Below, one piece after another: positions 17,618 through 26,825 of a stretch of 64,000 nt of DNA. Position numbers and translations under genes: made by a program. Location of the stretch: positions 22,052-86,051 of IMG/VR virus record IMGVR_UViG_3300050029_000114; one strand, given 5' to 3'. How positions within the stretch are numbered: the stretch's first letter is position 1; each line of letters opens with the position of its first letter. The stretch comes from a virus. Below the pieces are notes generated by a model. The model ran no database searches. It saw only the letters and a program-made list of their open reading frames with translations, and was not told the DNA's origin.

Positions 17618-17634
17618 CCGGCGAGTGTAGCCGC

Positions 17635-17898
17635 TCAGGTGGTCCGGCCGAGGTATCTGTCGCGCTCGGGGAACGTGCCCGTGCGGATACCGGTCATCAA
17701 GTCGTCGGTGATGGTGCCCTCCGGGCTGTAGCCAAGGTCGGCGGGCCAATGCTCGATCCTGGCGACCTTGACCGTCTCGTTCGCACGCTTCAAGCGGCGC
17801 ACCAGTTCCCGGGCCATGCAGTCCGGGCAGTTCGACCGCTCGCATCCGACGACGCTCTCGCTGTCGCCCTTCTCCCGCTGGCAGCCGTGGCCGCCCAT
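17635..17898 (-). CDS. hypothetical protein
   Basis: GGHGCQRE...GCERSNCPDC motif, GC3-rich codons. Confidence 0.6.
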   Translation of the reverse strand: MGGHGCQREKGDSESVVGCERSNCPDCMARELVRRLKRANETVKVARIEHWPADLGYSPEGTITDDLMTGIRTGTFPERDRYLGRTT

Positions 17899-17958
17899 GG
17901 CCTCGATAACTATTCTGTAATCTCCGATGTCACACCTCTTTCGGGTTATTGTTGCTAG

Positions 17959-18654
17959 GTGAAATCTCGATCGGTTGAGCCTTGCCAGGTCGCCGAATGC
18001 GGCGGCCGGTTTTACGCCCGTGGATGGTGCCGGTCACACTACAAGCGGTGGCAACGCTGGGGCGATCCGCTTGGTGTCGGGCCTCGCCGGGTCCGTCCGC
18101 CCCGCCCATGCGCCGTCCCGGGCTGCCCGAACCGTCACGCCGCGCATGGATACTGCCAGGCGCACTGGACGCGAGTACGCCGATATGGCGACCCGCGGGC
18201 CGATCGACCGATCGCTGTCCCGGCTCCAGATCGTTGCATCGTTGAAGGATGCGGGCGAAAACCATTCGGGCATGGCCTCTGCCAAGCGCACTATTCGCGC
18301 TTACGCCACACCGGCGGCCTTCGAGCGGATATCCCGATCGGTGCTCCTCGCCGTGAACTAGCCGATGGCGAGGAGCGGATCGGCAAGGATGGGTACGTCT
18401 GGACCCGAAGGGCCGGGCAGAGCGGCTACCAGCATCGGCTCCTGATGGCTGAGCACTTGGGGCGTCCCCTGCTCGGTAATGAGAATGTCCATCACCGCAA
18501 CGGGGACAGGGCCGACAACCGGCTTGAAAACCTTGAACTCTGGATTGCTCCGCAGCCGCCGGGGCAGCGGGTAACCGACACATTGATGTGGGCACGAGAG
18601 GTTGTCGCGCTCTACAGCGCCCTTGTGGATAGCGGCGATGCGGTGGTTCGGTAA
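17959..18654 (+). CDS. HNH endonuclease with three N-terminal C-x-V-x-x-C...C-x-x-H repeats
   Basis: three CxVxxC..(G)xCxxH(Y/W)xR repeats; [36 protein letters not shown]; the only large + strand gene. Confidence 0.9.
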   Translation: MKSRSVEPCQVAECGGRFYARGWCRSHYKRWQRWGDPLGVGPRRVRPPRPCAVPGCPNRHAAHGYCQAHWTRVRRYGDPRADRPIAVPAPDRCIVEGCGRKPFGHGLCQAHYSRLRHTGGLRADIPIGAPRRELADGEERIGKDGYVWTRRAGQSGYQHRLLMAEHLGRPLLGNENVHHRNGDRADNRLENLELWIAPQPPGQRVTDTLMWAREVVALYSALVDSGDAVVR

Positions 18655-18730
18655 GCCTCAATAACGATCCTGTAGTCACCCATTATCGGTCCTCCTCGGT
18701 TGCTGCGTCTGGCCTGCTGGCGCCAGGGTA

Positions 18731-21634
18731 CTAGAAGCCGAGCATCGACTCGAACAGCGCGTGGTAGCGGGGCAGCAGCACCTTCCATTCGTGCTCAGCG
18801 GCGATCCGGTCGGCCTCCGCGCTCATCCGGCCCATCAGGTCCGGGTCGGTCTGCAACCGGTCCATGCGCTCCGCCAATGAGGAGGCGTCGGTGTCGTGCA
18901 GGTCGACGCGCCCGGCCTGGCAGCGGAAGCTCCGGTACGTCTGACATTCGATCAGCATCTCGGCCGGGAGGATCGACCGGTTCGGCTCGGCGTCCGGCAT
19001 GAGCACCGGCATCCCCCGGCTCAGGGCCTCCATCATCGGCAAGCTCTGCCCGCCGTACCGCCTGGGGGCGATCACCACGTCGCCGTCGTCGTAGAGTCGC
19101 CGGTTGTCTCGTACGTCCTCGACTCGTAGGTCTAGCTCGATGTGCGACGGGAACCGGCGTGGCAGGGTCGGCATCTGTTGGGCGCGCACCACCAGCCGTG
19201 TCGGCTGCTCCACGATGTAGAGGGCGTCGATCAGAACGGTCGTCCCGGCCCGGTCGTGCCCGGCTGGGTGGCCGAGGACATGCAGGAAGCTGCGAACCTC
19301 GGTGCGGTGCTCGTAAGGGAAGCGGCTGCGGTCGATGCCATGCGGGACGTGCACCGCGTCCGGTACCTCGTCGATATGCCACGTCGAGGGGGCGATGAAC
19401 AGGTCGGGGCGGGGCAGGTCGTGGTCGGCGAAGTACCGGAAGAACTCGAAGTTGTAGATGCACGCCGTCTTGACGCCCAGCTTGGCGGCCAGGTCGTAGA
19501 TGCGGTACGCGTACGGTGTCTCGGCGGTGATAACCACGTCGAGCCCGCCCAGCCATAGCTCTAGCTGCTGGTCGCTGCACGTCAGGTCGCTGCCCTTGAA
19601 CTCGAACACGGCGGCCCCCGGGAACCGCTCCAAGTGCATCGGGTACGGGGAGATGTCGCCCATGTCCACGACGAGGGCCTTGTCCGGCTTCAAGTGGCGC
19701 ACGAGGTCGGCCGACTGGATGCCGAGCCCTCGGTTCTCGCTCCGACAGATGATCCCCAACCGTAGGTGGCGGCCCCCGTAGACCGTCTCGTCGCGCGGGT
19801 TCGGTGCGCCCTCCGGGGTCGGCCCGTCGTACTCCCACGTCATCCCGTACTTCGGGTCGGTCCCCCGGCCGTCGGTGTGCGTCGACCGTTTCAGGTCGCC
19901 CTCGGGGGCGTACAACCACAGCTTGAACTCCCCCCACCCGCGGGTTATCCCCCGCTTCATCCACCGGTTGTGGACGACGCCGTGCAGCACGTCCTCGATC
20001 ATCGTGCGGGCCTTCGCCCCGAAGTAGTCGGCCATGAGCCACCGGTAATGCTCGGTGCCCGACAGGTGGGGCCGCTGGCTCCACTGCACTGTTCGCATCA
20101 GCGGGGCGCCCTCCACGTCGACCGGCGCGGTGTCGAGCATCAGGTGTTGATGCTCCGGCTGGATGCGCGCCTCGTGGTGCAACCGAATCGTGTGGGCCTG
20201 GCCGCTGCGGACGGCCCGCACCAGCGCAGACCAGTCGACCTGGCCGACGATCGGGGTATCGTGCTCGACGAACAGAACGCAGTCAGATCGCACCCGGTCG
20301 AGCGTCGCTCTCGTCATGGCGGCCTGGTGGGTGTACTCGTCGAACATGATCGGCAGGACGTTCCGCCAGCGATGGTTCGTCGCCCACGCCAGCCGCCGCC
20401 GGTACTCGTCGTAGTCGGCCCGGCGGTCCTCCTGCTCGGGCCGGAGCCCGTCGACCATGACCAGTATCTCGCAGTCGCCTAGCTCGGTCTGCGCCCGGAT
20501 ACTGTCGATCGTCTCGGCGATCACGTCGATGCTCGGGTGCGCCGGTATCACGCTGGTCGGCATCAGTACCGTCACGGCGGCCGGTACAAGGGAAACGGGC
20601 CCCGAAGGGCCCGCTTCCCCGGACGAGTCGTTGCATCGCTCGCCCTCGCTGGCGGGGCCTTGCGGCCCCTCTATGGGTGTATTCGTGTCGCCCGTGCTGG
20701 TGCTGGCGTTGGCCTTCAATGTAGCCAGGTCGTCGGCCAGCCACCAAGCCATCTCCCGTTTCTTGCCCTGCCACCACGCGTGGCAGCGGGCCGCCTGGGC
20801 GGGCCAGTCGTCAAGTACCTGCTCGACCGTCACCCCGAAGTCGGCCCAATCCTCCAACACCGGGAACGGCGGCTCCTCCCCGAACAGGTACCGCCAGTAT
20901 CCTCGCTCGTCCGGCGTGTTCGGGGCGCTCGTGTCAGCTATCGGCACGCACCCTGCCTCCAACGCCTCGAACAGCCGGAACGTGTCCGGCGAGTAGGTGC
21001 CGCTCGGGCATGGGATGACCTTGCTGGCCGCCATCTCCCTCAGATAGTCCGGGTAGTCGAACCCGCTCCCGAAGATGCGGGTCACTCGGGTCCGGCCGTC
21101 ATGGTGGCTGTCCCGGCGGGCCTGCAACGCCTGGATGCACTCCTCCCGGCGGGCGTTGTTCAACTGCCCGGCGAAGAACCACCCCTGGGTGCGGCGCTCG
21201 GCCGGGTCGAACGTGTCCAAGATGCCCGGCGCCTGCGGCGGGAACCCGTCGCCTATCCGCCGGTCGGCCCGGTCGTGGCGGCCCTCGTGCGGGGTCTGCA
21301 CCCATACCTTCATGTTCGGGTGGGTCAGCCGCTCGTACGGGAACTCGCCTTCCTCGTCGCCGCACAGCAGCACGAGCACCCACTGGAACCGGGCGAGCGC
21401 CGCGTTGATCTGCTCGACCTGGGTGGCGTACCACCGGGCCGGGAACACGACGATCGCCCCGTCCTCGCTCTCAGGGACCTCCTGCGCCGTCGCATAGTGC
21501 TCCCACTCCATCGGCAGGGTCGGTGCCCGCCAAGCCCATACGGCCCCGGCTAGCAGCCCCTCAATGATCCCCTGATCCCAGTAGCCGCGGGCGTAGACGC
21601 CGGGCTCGGTGCCCCACCATATGACAGCGGTCAT
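18731..21634 (-). CDS. three-domain glycosyltransferase (exostosin/GT47-like, GT-A, GT4-like)
   Basis: MAASKVIPCPSG...TFRLFEALEAGCVPI; VTVLMPTS...ILVMVDG...VLFVEHD; DVVIAPRRYGGQSLPMMEALSRGMPVL. Confidence 0.85.
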   Translation of the reverse strand: MTAVIWWGTEPGVYARGYWDQGIIEGLLAGAVWAWRAPTLPMEWEHYATAQEVPESEDGAIVVFPARWYATQVEQINAALARFQWVLVLLCGDEEGEFPYERLTHPNMKVWVQTPHEGRHDRADRRIGDGFPPQAPGILDTFDPAERRTQGWFFAGQLNNARREECIQALQARRDSHHDGRTRVTRIFGSGFDYPDYLREMAASKVIPCPSGTYSPDTFRLFEALEAGCVPIADTSAPNTPDERGYWRYLFGEEPPFPVLEDWADFGVTVEQVLDDWPAQAARCHAWWQGKKREMAWWLADDLATLKANASTSTGDTNTPIEGPQGPASEGERCNDSSGEAGPSGPVSLVPAAVTVLMPTSVIPAHPSIDVIAETIDSIRAQTELGDCEILVMVDGLRPEQEDRRADYDEYRRRLAWATNHRWRNVLPIMFDEYTHQAAMTRATLDRVRSDCVLFVEHDTPIVGQVDWSALVRAVRSGQAHTIRLHHEARIQPEHQHLMLDTAPVDVEGAPLMRTVQWSQRPHLSGTEHYRWLMADYFGAKARTMIEDVLHGVVHNRWMKRGITRGWGEFKLWLYAPEGDLKRSTHTDGRGTDPKYGMTWEYDGPTPEGAPNPRDETVYGGRHLRLGIICRSENRGLGIQSADLVRHLKPDKALVVDMGDISPYPMHLERFPGAAVFEFKGSDLTCSDQQLELWLGGLDVVITAETPYAYRIYDLAAKLGVKTACIYNFEFFRYFADHDLPRPDLFIAPSTWHIDEVPDAVHVPHGIDRSRFPYEHRTEVRSFLHVLGHPAGHDRAGTTVLIDALYIVEQPTRLVVRAQQMPTLPRRFPSHIELDLRVEDVRDNRRLYDDGDVVIAPRRYGGQSLPMMEALSRGMPVLMPDAEPNRSILPAEMLIECQTYRSFRCQAGRVDLHDTDASSLAERMDRLQTDPDLMGRMSAEADRIAAEHEWKVLLPRYHALFESMLGF

Positions 21635-21660
21635 GGTTTCGCTGACCCGCGTACCTCGGC

Positions 21661-22044
21661 CTAAACGTTCTTGATGTCCCGCTCGGCCTGCTCCTCGATC
21701 CCGACGAGTGCAGCCCGGCCTCCGACCGCTTCGAGGATCGCGTCGAGCTTGACCTGTTGGGCTCGGCCCTCCCGGTTCTGCGCCGACTGGATGATGAAAA
21801 CCATGATGAACGTGACGACGGTCGTGAACGTGTTGATGTACAGCCCGTAGTTCGTGTTCTGAAGCCCTCCCCTGACGAAAAACAGCCCGGACGCCCAGGA
21901 GAGCACGACGAGGATGGCTAGGGCTATCGCCCATGTCGAGCCGAGCCAGCCGGTCATCGCCGAGACGGCCCGCACTAGCACCGGCGGGTTCTGTGCCTGC
22001 GTCTCGGCCTCGATCGCCTCGACTGCGTCGAGCGGGGCCATCAC
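21661..22044 (-). CDS. low-affinity iron permease (Fet4-like) family membrane protein
   Basis: GWLGS...W...INTFTTVVTFIMVFIIQSAQNREGRAQQVKLDAI. Confidence 0.8.
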   Translation of the reverse strand: MMAPLDAVEAIEAETQAQNPPVLVRAVSAMTGWLGSTWAIALAILVVLSWASGLFFVRGGLQNTNYGLYINTFTTVVTFIMVFIIQSAQNREGRAQQVKLDAILEAVGGRAALVGIEEQAERDIKNV

Positions 22045-22051
22045 GCTCCTG

Positions 22052-22975
22052 TCATTGGGTCGCCCCGTGGATCGCGGCTAGCTCGGCCGTGATCTTCACG
22101 ATAGCGTCGTGGTCGCCTGGCACCCCGCCGGTCGGCAGGCTCGCCACGAGGGCCTGGAGGGATGCTAGGGCGGCCTCGTCGGCGTTCAGCCGCGCCAGCC
22201 ATGACGCCACCCGGTCGGGTGTCCCGGCGAACCGGTAATACCGGAACGGGTCGCCCGTCGTGTCGGCGTGCTCGAACGTCACGATCACGTACCCGGTCGT
22301 CCACGGGGCCCCGCCGATCGTCTCGCTCGATCCGGTCCCGGCGTGCCACTCCGGGTGAGCGTTCAGCCCGCCGCAATACGGGGCACCGTCGGCCGTGAAG
22401 ATGCTGCCGTCCGGCTTCATCGACCACGACCCGCCGCTGATCGGGTCGCCGAAAGTGACTGCTGTGATCATCGGTCCTCCTATGTCCGCCGCGGCGGCGA
22501 TAGCTGGTAGCTGCCCCAGGCGCAACGGCCCCGGGCACGGATGGTTCCCCCAGGCAACGTCCGGCTGGCCGGTCGGGAAATGGCAGTGTGCCGTGATGCC
22601 CTTACCGCCATGGTCGACGGCCGTGTAGGGCCACTGGCCGGGCTCGGCTATGTCATGCAGCCATCGGAGCAGCTTCACGAGCGTCCCGATCTGCGCCACG
22701 TTCATGTACTCGTCCACGGTGCCGTCTACCTCGATGGACCCGTACCAGCCGTTGCCGTTCATCTGCGCCCACGAGACTTCGGCCGTGTCGATGTACTGCT
22801 CTAGCTCCCCGTTCGCCCCGACCCAGAAATGGGAGCTAGCGCCGTGGGCGGGGTCGACGAAGTAGCCGTACGGGTCGACGTGGGTTGTCGTGACGTGGAT
22901 GACCCAACCGAAGTAGCCGGACCGGGCGAGCCCGTGGCTCGGGACCGGCTTCTGGATAGCGAACGAGCAGAGCAT
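22052..22975 (-). CDS. N-acetylmuramoyl-L-alanine amidase (endolysin)
   Basis: VIH, ASSHFWVG..GELEQYID...SWAQ, SIE, GITAH, HPCPG amidase-2 motifs. Confidence 0.85.
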   Translation of the reverse strand: MLCSFAIQKPVPSHGLARSGYFGWVIHVTTTHVDPYGYFVDPAHGASSHFWVGANGELEQYIDTAEVSWAQMNGNGWYGSIEVDGTVDEYMNVAQIGTLVKLLRWLHDIAEPGQWPYTAVDHGGKGITAHCHFPTGQPDVAWGNHPCPGPLRLGQLPAIAAAADIGGPMITAVTFGDPISGGSWSMKPDGSIFTADGAPYCGGLNAHPEWHAGTGSSETIGGAPWTTGYVIVTFEHADTTGDPFRYYRFAGTPDRVASWLARLNADEAALASLQALVASLPTGGVPGDHDAIVKITAELAAIHGATQ

Positions 22976-22985
22976 TCCGGGCCGG

Positions 22986-23000
22986 ACTCTAGCGCGCTAG
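22986..23000 (-). promoter_or_regulatory. CTAGCGCGCTAG palindrome box with -10 TAGAGT
   Basis: 10 nt upstream of the amidase ATG. Confidence 0.7.
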
Positions 23001-23079
23001 CGCGCCGGTTACGCGCCACCGCCCCGGGCGGGTGGCCTCGGGGCGGTGGTCGCTGCGGTGTCTCGGGTGGCTTATGGGA

Positions 23080-23292
23080 TCATGCCGTGTACCTCGACCC
23101 TGGGTTTAGCCGCTCTAGGCGGGCGATCGTCTCGTCTACCTTGTCCGCGTCGACGTACAAGGAGATGGCTTTGGCCGGGGTGCCGCTCTTGGTGGTCCGG
23201 CGGATACCGACCTGGGTGGCCTGGCGGCGCTCCCGGCGGATCGAGGCCAACTGGCCGTGCGTGGCGTTCGTGATCTTCATCGGGCGGGCCAT
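23080..23292 (-). CDS. small basic protein, leaderless
   Basis: TAGGAT then 6 nt then ATG; preceded by CTAG-doublet box. Confidence 0.6.
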   Translation of the reverse strand: MARPMKITNATHGQLASIRRERRQATQVGIRRTTKSGTPAKAISLYVDADKVDETIARLERLNPGSRYTA

Positions 23293-23320
23293 GTGTCCAT
23301 CCTACCCCTCGGCTCCCGTT

Positions 23321-23337
23321 TGTCTAGGGGTTTCTAG
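23321..23337 (-). promoter_or_regulatory. CTAG-doublet box CTAGAAACCCCTAGACA (contains -35 TAGACA)
   Basis: one of six near-identical 17-mers; -10 TAGGAT 16 nt downstream. Confidence 0.7.
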
Positions 23338-23710
23338 CGGCTGCCGTTATCGGCGCCCTCTCCCCTGAGCGGTAAGCCCGATCGTAATCCCGGCGGCACT
23401 GGCGGCATCGTCGATGTCCCTTCCGGTTGCGCAGGGTGTTCTCCGGCGTGTAGTCGTGCCCTTGCGGGCAGGCGGTTTTGCCGTTCGTGTCCCGGCGGTC
23501 ACCGGGGCGTCCGCTGCGCGTGTTGGCTGATCGGGTCGCGGGGCGGAGGTGGTCGGGATTGCAGCAGCGGCGGTGCGGGCAGGAGCCTCCACCGGGGCAC
23601 GCCTTGTCCTCGTTATGGCATTGGTGATCCAAGTCGAGTCCCGGCGGTACCGGCCCTTTCTTGAGTCGCTGGCGCTCGGCCAGGTTCCGTTGGCGTGGCT
23701 TGCGTGGCAC
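23324..23710 (-). CDS. HNH endonuclease, possibly N-terminally truncated
   Basis: LDLDHQC...CCNPDHLRPATRSANTR; KTACPQGHDYTPENT...RRCRQC. Confidence 0.75.
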   Translation of the reverse strand: MPRKPRQRNLAERQRLKKGPVPPGLDLDHQCHNEDKACPGGGSCPHRRCCNPDHLRPATRSANTRSGRPGDRRDTNGKTACPQGHDYTPENTLRNRKGHRRCRQCRRDYDRAYRSGERAPITAAARNP

Positions 23711-24653
23711 CGTCCTCCATACCTATCAGCCGCAGAAACTCTGTGACTCGGTGGGTGTAGGTGTGGAAGTCTAATACGTGCTGGCGGCCCGTTGCGGCTA
23801 TCTGGCGGCGCTCGTCGTCGGCCTTCACGTAGTAGTCGATCAGCGAGCGAAGCTGCCCCCAATCGCCTAGCTCCCACAGCCGCAGGTGGGTGCCATCGGT
23901 GTAGCTCTCCTCGATACCCTCCGTGTACGGGTGCAACAGGAAGCCGCCCCGGCCGACCGTCTCCGGTACCCGGTCGCTCCAGTACCAGCCGGTCCCGCCA
24001 ACCATGCAGGAATCCCCGACGACCACCCGGCTGCTCGCATACAGGTCGGCCAGGTCGGGGCCTCGTATCCCGCCGCGGCGCCGGTTCGGCCAGAACCTCA
24101 CCCCGCCCATATCCTTCAGGAACGCGACAAGCTGGCCGCGGTGCGCCCACTCCGTGTGGTAGCCGTATCGGGTGCCCACGAACGCCACGTCGGCGTCGAA
24201 CTCGTCCCGGTACTGGCCGGGTGTCTCCGCCTCCGGCCCGAACACGCCTGGCGGCAGCCAGTGATGGTTGATCCCCAACGCCTTGAACCGGGCCTGGTTG
24301 CCGCCGTCGGCGGTGCACACATGCTCGCACCGGAAGAACGGCGACAGGGGAATGTCCTCCTCGCGGGGCAAGTCCCACCACTTGTCGAGATGGTATCCGG
24401 CGGTCACGATCCCGGCCTGGCGGAGCTTCCCCAACCCGACGATCATGGCGTCGAGGTCGCTGTCCAGGCCCTTCGTCCGGGTCCACACGACCAGCGGAAC
24501 CTCGTGCTCCATCGCGATGCCCGGCAGGTCGGCCCACACGTGCTCCTGCTCCTGCACTCGCACGACCTCATGCCCGGCTAGCTCGAAACTCGCCGACACA
24601 TGGTTCTCGGTGCTCGACGGCGGCCCGAAGTTCCCGAGATATGCCAGTTTCAC
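23613..24653 (-). CDS. glycosyltransferase (CgeB-like GT-B)
   Basis: DVAFVGT.Y, LADLYASSRVVVG, YWSDRVPETVGRGGFLL, ERRQIAATG..HV...HTYTHR. Confidence 0.85.
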   Translation of the reverse strand: MKLAYLGNFGPPSSTENHVSASFELAGHEVVRVQEQEHVWADLPGIAMEHEVPLVVWTRTKGLDSDLDAMIVGLGKLRQAGIVTAGYHLDKWWDLPREEDIPLSPFFRCEHVCTADGGNQARFKALGINHHWLPPGVFGPEAETPGQYRDEFDADVAFVGTRYGYHTEWAHRGQLVAFLKDMGGVRFWPNRRRGGIRGPDLADLYASSRVVVGDSCMVGGTGWYWSDRVPETVGRGGFLLHPYTEGIEESYTDGTHLRLWELGDWGQLRSLIDYYVKADDERRQIAATGRQHVLDFHTYTHRVTEFLRLIGMEDGATQATPTEPGRAPATQERAGTAGTRLGSPMP

Positions 24654-25057
24654 TCCTGGGCCGCCTTCCGCCCGGTGGCCGTCTGCGGGCCCTTGTGCGT
24701 CGCCCTGGGTTTCGTGGCCGTAGCAGGCCTTGTAGGGGCCTCTGGCGGCCGATTCAGTAGCTCGTGCTGGTCAGGGTGTTTGCGGGCGTGGTCAGCGTGC
24801 AGTCTGGAATGGTGGGCGATGGTCGCGTGGACGTGGCACGTCCGGTACTTGGTCCCGCCGACCGAGTGTTTCCCTACCCGCCAGCAGCCCTTCTCGGCGC
24901 AGTTGAAATGCATCAACGCCTTGATGACCACACCGAGCAGGGCGAACTCGGTCAGGTCGCTGCCGAACCCGCTCCAGAACCCGTACCACGGGCCGGAGAG
25001 GTTGTCTAGCCCGAGTACCCTGGCTAGAAAGTCGAAGATATCTCGGACGCCGTGCAT
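24650..25057 (-). CDS. membrane protein with Cys/His motif
   Basis: WYGFWSGFGSDL, hydrophobic helix, HFNC..GCWRVGKH...CHVH; TAACCT 7 nt before ATG. Confidence 0.65.
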   Translation of the reverse strand: MHGVRDIFDFLARVLGLDNLSGPWYGFWSGFGSDLTEFALLGVVIKALMHFNCAEKGCWRVGKHSVGGTKYRTCHVHATIAHHSRLHADHARKHPDQHELLNRPPEAPTRPATATKPRATHKGPQTATGRKAAQE

Positions 25058-25087
25058 GGCCCGGAGGTTACCGCTGGATTGGTGCAG

Positions 25088-25870
25088 CTAGATGGATGAG
25101 AACGCGAACACGTAGCCGTCGCCGACGTGGCGGATATGGCGGTCGACGACCCCGGTGTTGTCGCCGTTGCCTTCGATAGTGTTGATCGTGACGCCATCGG
25201 TCCATTCGATGAGGGCGACGTGCGAGGCATAGCCCGTGGCGCCGCCTTGGCCGGTCAGGTCGATGTAGACGAGCCCGCCTATCTGCGGGCCAGCGGTGAT
25301 CCGCCCGGATCGTTGCGCGTCGCCCATCAACGCCGCGGGCCCGTCCTCATAGACGAATCCGGGTACGAACGCCTTGCGGGCGACCCATGACACAAACTTG
25401 GCGCACCAAAACCCGCCTGCCGTGTACGGACCTGCTAACCCGACCTGGCTGGCGGCGATGCCGATGTCCTCCGGTTCTATCGGCCCGGTGAACGTGTAGC
25501 TCTCGCCGTGGACGTTCCGCATCAGGTAGCCGTCTCGGGTAAGCGAGAATCCTCCTGGGGCAAACTGGCCGTGCGCTGCCCGCTCAGCGCCTGGGTTGGG
25601 GGTGATAGCCGCATACCCGAGATAGCTGAACAGCCAGTGGCCGGGCGCGTTGCCGCTGGTCCATATGCCGCCGAAGTTGGTCATCCCGTACCATCCGCCC
25701 TCCGGGCTGGCCGTGCTCTGCACTACCAGTTCGCCGTTCGGCGGTGTCGGCCATGCTGGCGGCCCGTCGGCGCGGGCGACGGCCGGAGCTAGGAGACAGG
25801 CGGCAATGAAGGTTGCCACTAGAGCCCGGAACGTCGGGCGGCTAGACAGGTGGGGTGTCGGGGTAGTCAC
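25088..25870 (-). CDS. secreted CHAP-domain peptidoglycan hydrolase
   Basis: signal peptide (ending AVARA); WCAKFVSWV...SHVALI...TIEGN. Confidence 0.85.
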   Translation of the reverse strand: MTTPTPHLSSRPTFRALVATFIAACLLAPAVARADGPPAWPTPPNGELVVQSTASPEGGWYGMTNFGGIWTSGNAPGHWLFSYLGYAAITPNPGAERAAHGQFAPGGFSLTRDGYLMRNVHGESYTFTGPIEPEDIGIAASQVGLAGPYTAGGFWCAKFVSWVARKAFVPGFVYEDGPAALMGDAQRSGRITAGPQIGGLVYIDLTGQGGATGYASHVALIEWTDGVTINTIEGNGDNTGVVDRHIRHVGDGYVFAFSSI

Positions 25871-25899
25871 GCGTATCCTTTCGGCTAGGAATCGCCCGA

Positions 25900-25914
25900 A
25901 CTATAGCGCGCTAG
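25900..25914 (-). promoter_or_regulatory. TAGCGCGCTA palindrome box with -10 TATAGT
   Basis: - strand ctagcgcgcTATAGT upstream of CHAP gene. Confidence 0.7.
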
Positions 25915-25918
25915 TGGT

Positions 25919-26794
25919 CTAGTTAGCTCCGGCGCGTCGCACCCGGCGGTGTAGGTCCGGGCTCATCACGCTCGCCCGGCGCCGCAAGTTGTGCGGGTTA
26001 ACGCTCGACAGGAACAGGTCCGTCAGGTAGAGGCCCGTCCGGCCCTTATCCAAGAACGCCCACGGATCGAGAACGATAGCCGTCACGCCCTGGCGGGTGA
26101 TCTGCGTCACCCGTTGCGGCAACCGGCATTTCCCCACCATCGACGGCGTGAGAGCGAGAGCCAGTTCGCAAGCAATCTCGGCGCACGCCCGCACTCCGCT
26201 CCGGGGCGGCATCTGCCCGTAGTTGACCACGACCTCCCACGTCAACGGCTGCGACGAATCCAAGTCCATGCGCTGGTAAGCGGGCCACCCCGGGTTCTGG
26301 CCTGTCTTGGGGTCGGCCAGCCGCACCAGCCAGCGGTTGTCGTCCACCCGGTATGTCGACGGGTCGACGGTCACCCCGTCGATCGTCATCGACTGGACAG
26401 AGGACACCGGATAGACGCCCAACGTGACCTCGTACACGGGCGCTGTCGCCGGGCCGCCCCGCTCCTCGGTGTTCACCCCCGAGTAGATCATCGCAGCGTT
26501 GAATCCCTGCAAGCCGCCCGTGAAATACCCGAACGGCCACAACGGGTAGATCGGGCGCCCGTGATCACGGGTCAACGACCGGGGGTATGGGCGCACCACG
26601 TCCTGGCAGGAACCGGCCCACCGCTGCCCGGATAGCTCGAACAGGATGTCGCTCGCGGCCTGGAGGCAGTCCTCCATGAGTGCCAGGTCGAACGAAACGT
26701 TCGAGCACGGCTCGCAGATGTCGTCGGGGCCCGCCCACGGCGAACAGGTGCCAGCGCATGGCACTCCGGCCCCGGTTTGGACTACGAAAGACAC
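25919..26794 (-). CDS. head-to-tail adaptor
   Basis: ASDILFELSGQRW.G.C...RP; LACELA...CRLPQRVTQITRQGVT...GRTGL...D.FL..VNP, as in cluster B-like actinophage adaptors. Confidence 0.8.
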   Translation of the reverse strand: MSFVVQTGAGVPCAGTCSPWAGPDDICEPCSNVSFDLALMEDCLQAASDILFELSGQRWAGSCQDVVRPYPRSLTRDHGRPIYPLWPFGYFTGGLQGFNAAMIYSGVNTEERGGPATAPVYEVTLGVYPVSSVQSMTIDGVTVDPSTYRVDDNRWLVRLADPKTGQNPGWPAYQRMDLDSSQPLTWEVVVNYGQMPPRSGVRACAEIACELALALTPSMVGKCRLPQRVTQITRQGVTAIVLDPWAFLDKGRTGLYLTDLFLSSVNPHNLRRRASVMSPDLHRRVRRAGAN

Positions 26795-26825
26795 GGCGGC
26801 TCCTCTCGCCCCCGATAGTACGGGC

